Positions 42,071-44,644 of a DNA stretch of 44,644 nt are shown here, piece by piece; the stretch's first letter is position 1; every line of letters begins with the position of its first letter. Below the pieces are notes generated by a model. The model saw only the letters and a list, made by a program, of their open reading frames with translations. It was not told the origin of the DNA and did not search any database. This DNA is from an uncultured Clostridia bacterium (GTDB lineage Bacteria; Bacillota; Clostridia; Christensenellales; Borkfalkiaceae), in NCBI GenBank assembly GCA_944372565.1, contig CALVZR010000120.1:1-44644 (forward strand), given 5' to 3'. Both the position numbers and the translations under genes were made by a program.

Positions 42071-44503
42071 TCAGCGGACCTCGATGACGATATCCAGATA
42101 AGCGGTATTGTAATCGGGATCCTGCGCGTAAATGCGCACGGTATAAGTGCCTGCTTTTTCAAACGTGTATGCGCCGTTATCGAGCGAAGCGTGCACGTAA
42201 TCGGGGTCGATCACGTAAACCGTGGTGTAGATCTCGGCCGCCGTGAACCGGCTGCCCTCCACGTGGAAGGACGGCGCGGTGAACGTATCGCCCACTCTCC
42301 TCGACGTGTTCACGTTTCCGTCCAGAACGACGGAAAGCTGCTCGTTGCTCACGCAATAGACGGGATACGTCTGATTGCGCCTCTTGCCCGCAGAACCCTG
42401 CAGCGTATAGACGATGCGGTAGGTGCCGTACTGATCGATGGTGATCGTCCTGTCGGTATCCGCAGCCACGCTGTCGAAGAGTACGGTGCCGTCCGGCGCG
42501 GTGACCGAGAGGGTCATCGTCACGGAGCCGAGCACGTCGGACGCATTCGCGGAATAGACGGTAACGGTTTCGCCGTAATCGGCGAGCGGGGAGTATTCCC
42601 CGTTCAGACCGAGCATCGGGCGGATGAAGTCCTCGATCGTGGAGTTGTAAAACGCCTGGTTGTTCCCGAGGCTGGAAACGAATACGTCCGCATTGCCGCT
42701 CACTTCGCCCGTCTCTATCGTGATGTTCACAAATCCGCTCGGGAACCCGTTGAACGCGCTGCCGTCCGGCATGTTGCGCACGTAGCCGATGTTGAGGTTG
42801 GCTTCCGTTTCGGCGTCCGCGGAAACGAGATACTGCGTGCTGTCGTTATAGCTGATGCGGAAGATGCCGTCGGTGCCGTTGCCGTTCAGATCGCCGCTCA
42901 CGTCGTATTCGGTATCCGTGCCCGCGATGCGGAGTTTACTCTGATCGCCGTTGGCGGTGAAGATAAATTCCACGTAGATCGAGCTGTCCAAACTGTCCGT
43001 CAGGCGGACGGTCACGCTGTCCGCGCCGCCGCGCATATAGAAGTTGACCGTCGCGTTGCCCGCGATCATCGGGCGGACGTATTGCAGCGTGGCGCCCGAT
43101 CCCGCCGTGCGGTAAACGAGGGGTTTCGCCCCGTCCTCTTCGGCGGCGGGCTCGTCGATCACTTCGTAATCTTCCCCGTAGAAGAAACGGGAAAGTACAT
43201 AGCCGGGATATCCTTCTTCCGTCGTGCCGTTGAGGTTGACCACCCAGACGTCGTAGGAAACGCTGTCGCTCCCCTCCGCGCCCGCGGCGGTATAGGTGAC
43301 CGTCATCGGCAGCCCCGCGGTGTTCTCGTCCTCGATGACGGGCGTGAACGTGCGGTCCGCGCCGAGCACGGTGTCTTCGCCGTTGAAATTGACGGAGATG
43401 CTCACCGTTGCGGGCGCGGCGGAGCCGCTGCTGTAATCGGTTGCGGTGAGTTCGGGCAGGGTGATCGCCTCGCCGGCGACCGCCACCGCGGGAACGTCCA
43501 CCGTGCCGAACACGGGCGTGTTGTTATCCTTCACCGTGAGTTCGAAGTCCGCCGTGAGCGTGCGCCCGATATAGTCCGTGCCCTTCACGGAATAAAGATA
43601 GGGGCCCGTCTTTTCGGGAACGAAGGTCAGTCCGTTCAATTCCACAGGGTTGCCGTCCGGATCGGTGAGCGTGCTCTCCACCGTCACGTTGCCGTGCGCG
43701 GAGCGCGCCGTGAGTTCGGGGAGCGTATAGCTCAGACCCACGGCGACGGTGCCGCTCTCCTCTGCGAGCGAGAACGTAAATTCACCCGCCTCTGCAAGCG
43801 CCGTTACGGTGTAGGAAACCGAGCTCGCGTTGCCGGAAGCGTCCGTCGAGGAATACACCAGCGTGTATTCTCCCGCAACGGACGGCGTAAACGACCCGTT
43901 ACTCATCGAAACCGCCACGTTGACGCCGTTGACCTTGCGGTAAACGTTCACTTTCACGTCCTTCTCGCCGTCCACCACGTCGTAAGCGGTGGCGGGGAAC
44001 GCCGGATAGGGATGCCCCACCGCGGCGGCGGGCAGTTCTTCATAATCGCCCAGATCCACGGTGATCTCGGGACCTTCGGTATCGGAAAGCACGGGCGAAT
44101 CCATGGAAACGCCGTCGATCTCCTTGATCATGAAGGTCGCCGTGGATTCGAGCACTTCCTTGGTTTCCATCGTTAAGACGGCGGTGCCGTTGGTGAAGCC
44201 TTCGAAAGCCTCGTCGAAATACAGCGGGTTATCGAGGTCGATGACCATCACGCCGTTGGCGTACACCGCCTTGGTCGCGTTGTCGTAGGAAAGTTTCACG
44301 GTATCCACGTATTTCGTAAAGCCGTGGTTGATCATCGTGCCCCAGTTGTCCTGATCGTAAAGCGCCTCGCCGCGCAGTCCTTTGAGGATCTGCCCGTTCG
44401 CGCTCGCCTTCACGTCGGACATGTTGTCCATATCGAGGTCGTTTCTCACCTCGATGGTGATATAATTGTTCGGATCTTCGGTGTCCGTGAGGGTGATCTG
44501 CAC
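42071..44503 (-). CDS. Ig-like / HYR-like repeat protein, start atypical (GTG, no signal peptide)
   Basis: 810 aa with repeated about 90-aa Ig-like segments (..EGPEITVDLGDYEELPAAAVGHPYPAFPATAYDVVDG..). The ORF-track start codon at 44503..44501 is GTG, preceded by GAGGAAG. Confidence 0.65.
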   Translation of the reverse strand: MQITLTDTEDPNNYITIEVRNDLDMDNMSDVKASANGQILKGLRGEALYDQDNWGTMINHGFTKYVDTVKLSYDNATKAVYANGVMVIDLDNPLYFDEAFEGFTNGTAVLTMETKEVLESTATFMIKEIDGVSMDSPVLSDTEGPEITVDLGDYEELPAAAVGHPYPAFPATAYDVVDGEKDVKVNVYRKVNGVNVAVSMSNGSFTPSVAGEYTLVYSSTDASGNASSVSYTVTALAEAGEFTFSLAEESGTVAVGLSYTLPELTARSAHGNVTVESTLTDPDGNPVELNGLTFVPEKTGPYLYSVKGTDYIGRTLTADFELTVKDNNTPVFGTVDVPAVAVAGEAITLPELTATDYSSGSAAPATVSISVNFNGEDTVLGADRTFTPVIEDENTAGLPMTVTYTAAGAEGSDSVSYDVWVVNLNGTTEEGYPGYVLSRFFYGEDYEVIDEPAAEEDGAKPLVYRTAGSGATLQYVRPMIAGNATVNFYMRGGADSVTVRLTDSLDSSIYVEFIFTANGDQSKLRIAGTDTEYDVSGDLNGNGTDGIFRISYNDSTQYLVSADAETEANLNIGYVRNMPDGSAFNGFPSGFVNITIETGEVSGNADVFVSSLGNNQAFYNSTIEDFIRPMLGLNGEYSPLADYGETVTVYSANASDVLGSVTMTLSVTAPDGTVLFDSVAADTDRTITIDQYGTYRIVYTLQGSAGKRRNQTYPVYCVSNEQLSVVLDGNVNTSRRVGDTFTAPSFHVEGSRFTAAEIYTTVYVIDPDYVHASLDNGAYTFEKAGTYTVRIYAQDPDYNTAYLDIVIEVR

Positions 44504-44551
44504 CTTCCTCGTTTCTATCGTCCCCCACGTTTCGGGAGGCCGGGAGAGGAC

Positions 44552-44644
44552 ATGCCGCCTTATCCGGGCACGCTGCTTCAGATCGGATCGCGCGGGGAAG
44601 CCGTGCGCTTCATGCAGAACCGCCTGCGTGAGATCTCCATCTAC
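44552..44644 (+). CDS. Peptidoglycan-binding (PG_binding_1-like) domain protein, 5' fragment running off the right edge
   Basis: The ATG at 44552 reads MPPYPGTLLQIGSRGEAVRFMQNRLREISIY. This matches the YPGxxLxxGSxGxxVxxxQxxLxxIS pattern of PG-binding domains. Too short for the ORF track. Confidence 0.55.
   Translation, partial: MPPYPGTLLQIGSRGEAVRFMQNRLREISIY

Noticed and set aside
26585-44176. Many long ORFs antisense to or overlapping the host glycan genes (e.g. 26585..27817, 27682..29226, 30884..32071, 34287..35366, 37251..38336, 42191..44176, and the nested minus-strand ORFs)
   Set aside because: They are Arg/Gly/His-rich translations typical of out-of-frame or antisense reading in GC-rich DNA. 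The sense frames carry clear family motifs (GH29, GH38, Big_2 and others).

Overview
The window has two parts.

(1) Positions 1 to about 24.74 kb are most of an integrated temperate siphovirus-type prophage; its left end and lysis genes lie outside the window. It carries a tightly packed minus-strand late operon: HNH endonuclease, small and large terminase, portal, prohead protease, HK97-type capsid, connectors, major tail, G/GT chaperones with a -1 frameshift site, tape measure, Dit/Tal and distal tail proteins. Upstream of that is an early region whose only recognisable replication gene is an HUH rolling-circle Rep-like protein, alongside PcfJ-like, DUF3102-like and ASCH proteins. A divergent cro/cI switch with repeated operators follows. 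A plus-strand lysogeny operon runs cI, then a membrane-tethered DEDDh exonuclease, then a tyrosine integrase that ends 106 nt from the 3' end of a tRNA-Ala.

(2) Positions about 24.74 to 44.6 kb are visibly more GC-rich host DNA, probably Clostridia-like given the GGAGG ribosome-binding sites and promoter style. It holds tRNA-Ala(GGC), tRNA-Ala(CGC) and tRNA-Val(CAC) with consensus promoters and terminators, a HAD phosphatase and a SAM methyltransferase. It also holds a minus-strand glycan-degradation locus with a GH29 fucosidase, two GH28/GH49-like beta-helix hydrolases and a GH38 mannosidase, none with a signal peptide. The same locus encodes a 1568-aa modular lipoprotein, two DUF4838-like paralogues (one lipoprotein, one cytoplasmic) and an Ig-like repeat protein.

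The most interesting candidates:
- the exonuclease gene in the cI-int slot, as a possible exclusion or defence function
- a GC-rich structured insert with a tRNA-like T-arm and acceptor inside the tail operon
- the HUH Rep with a structured candidate origin
- twin TTCCGCGGAA palindromes upstream of a perfect consensus promoter
- the four-module giant surface protein

No CRISPR array, rRNA or transposase was seen. All family assignments come from motif recall, not from database searches.
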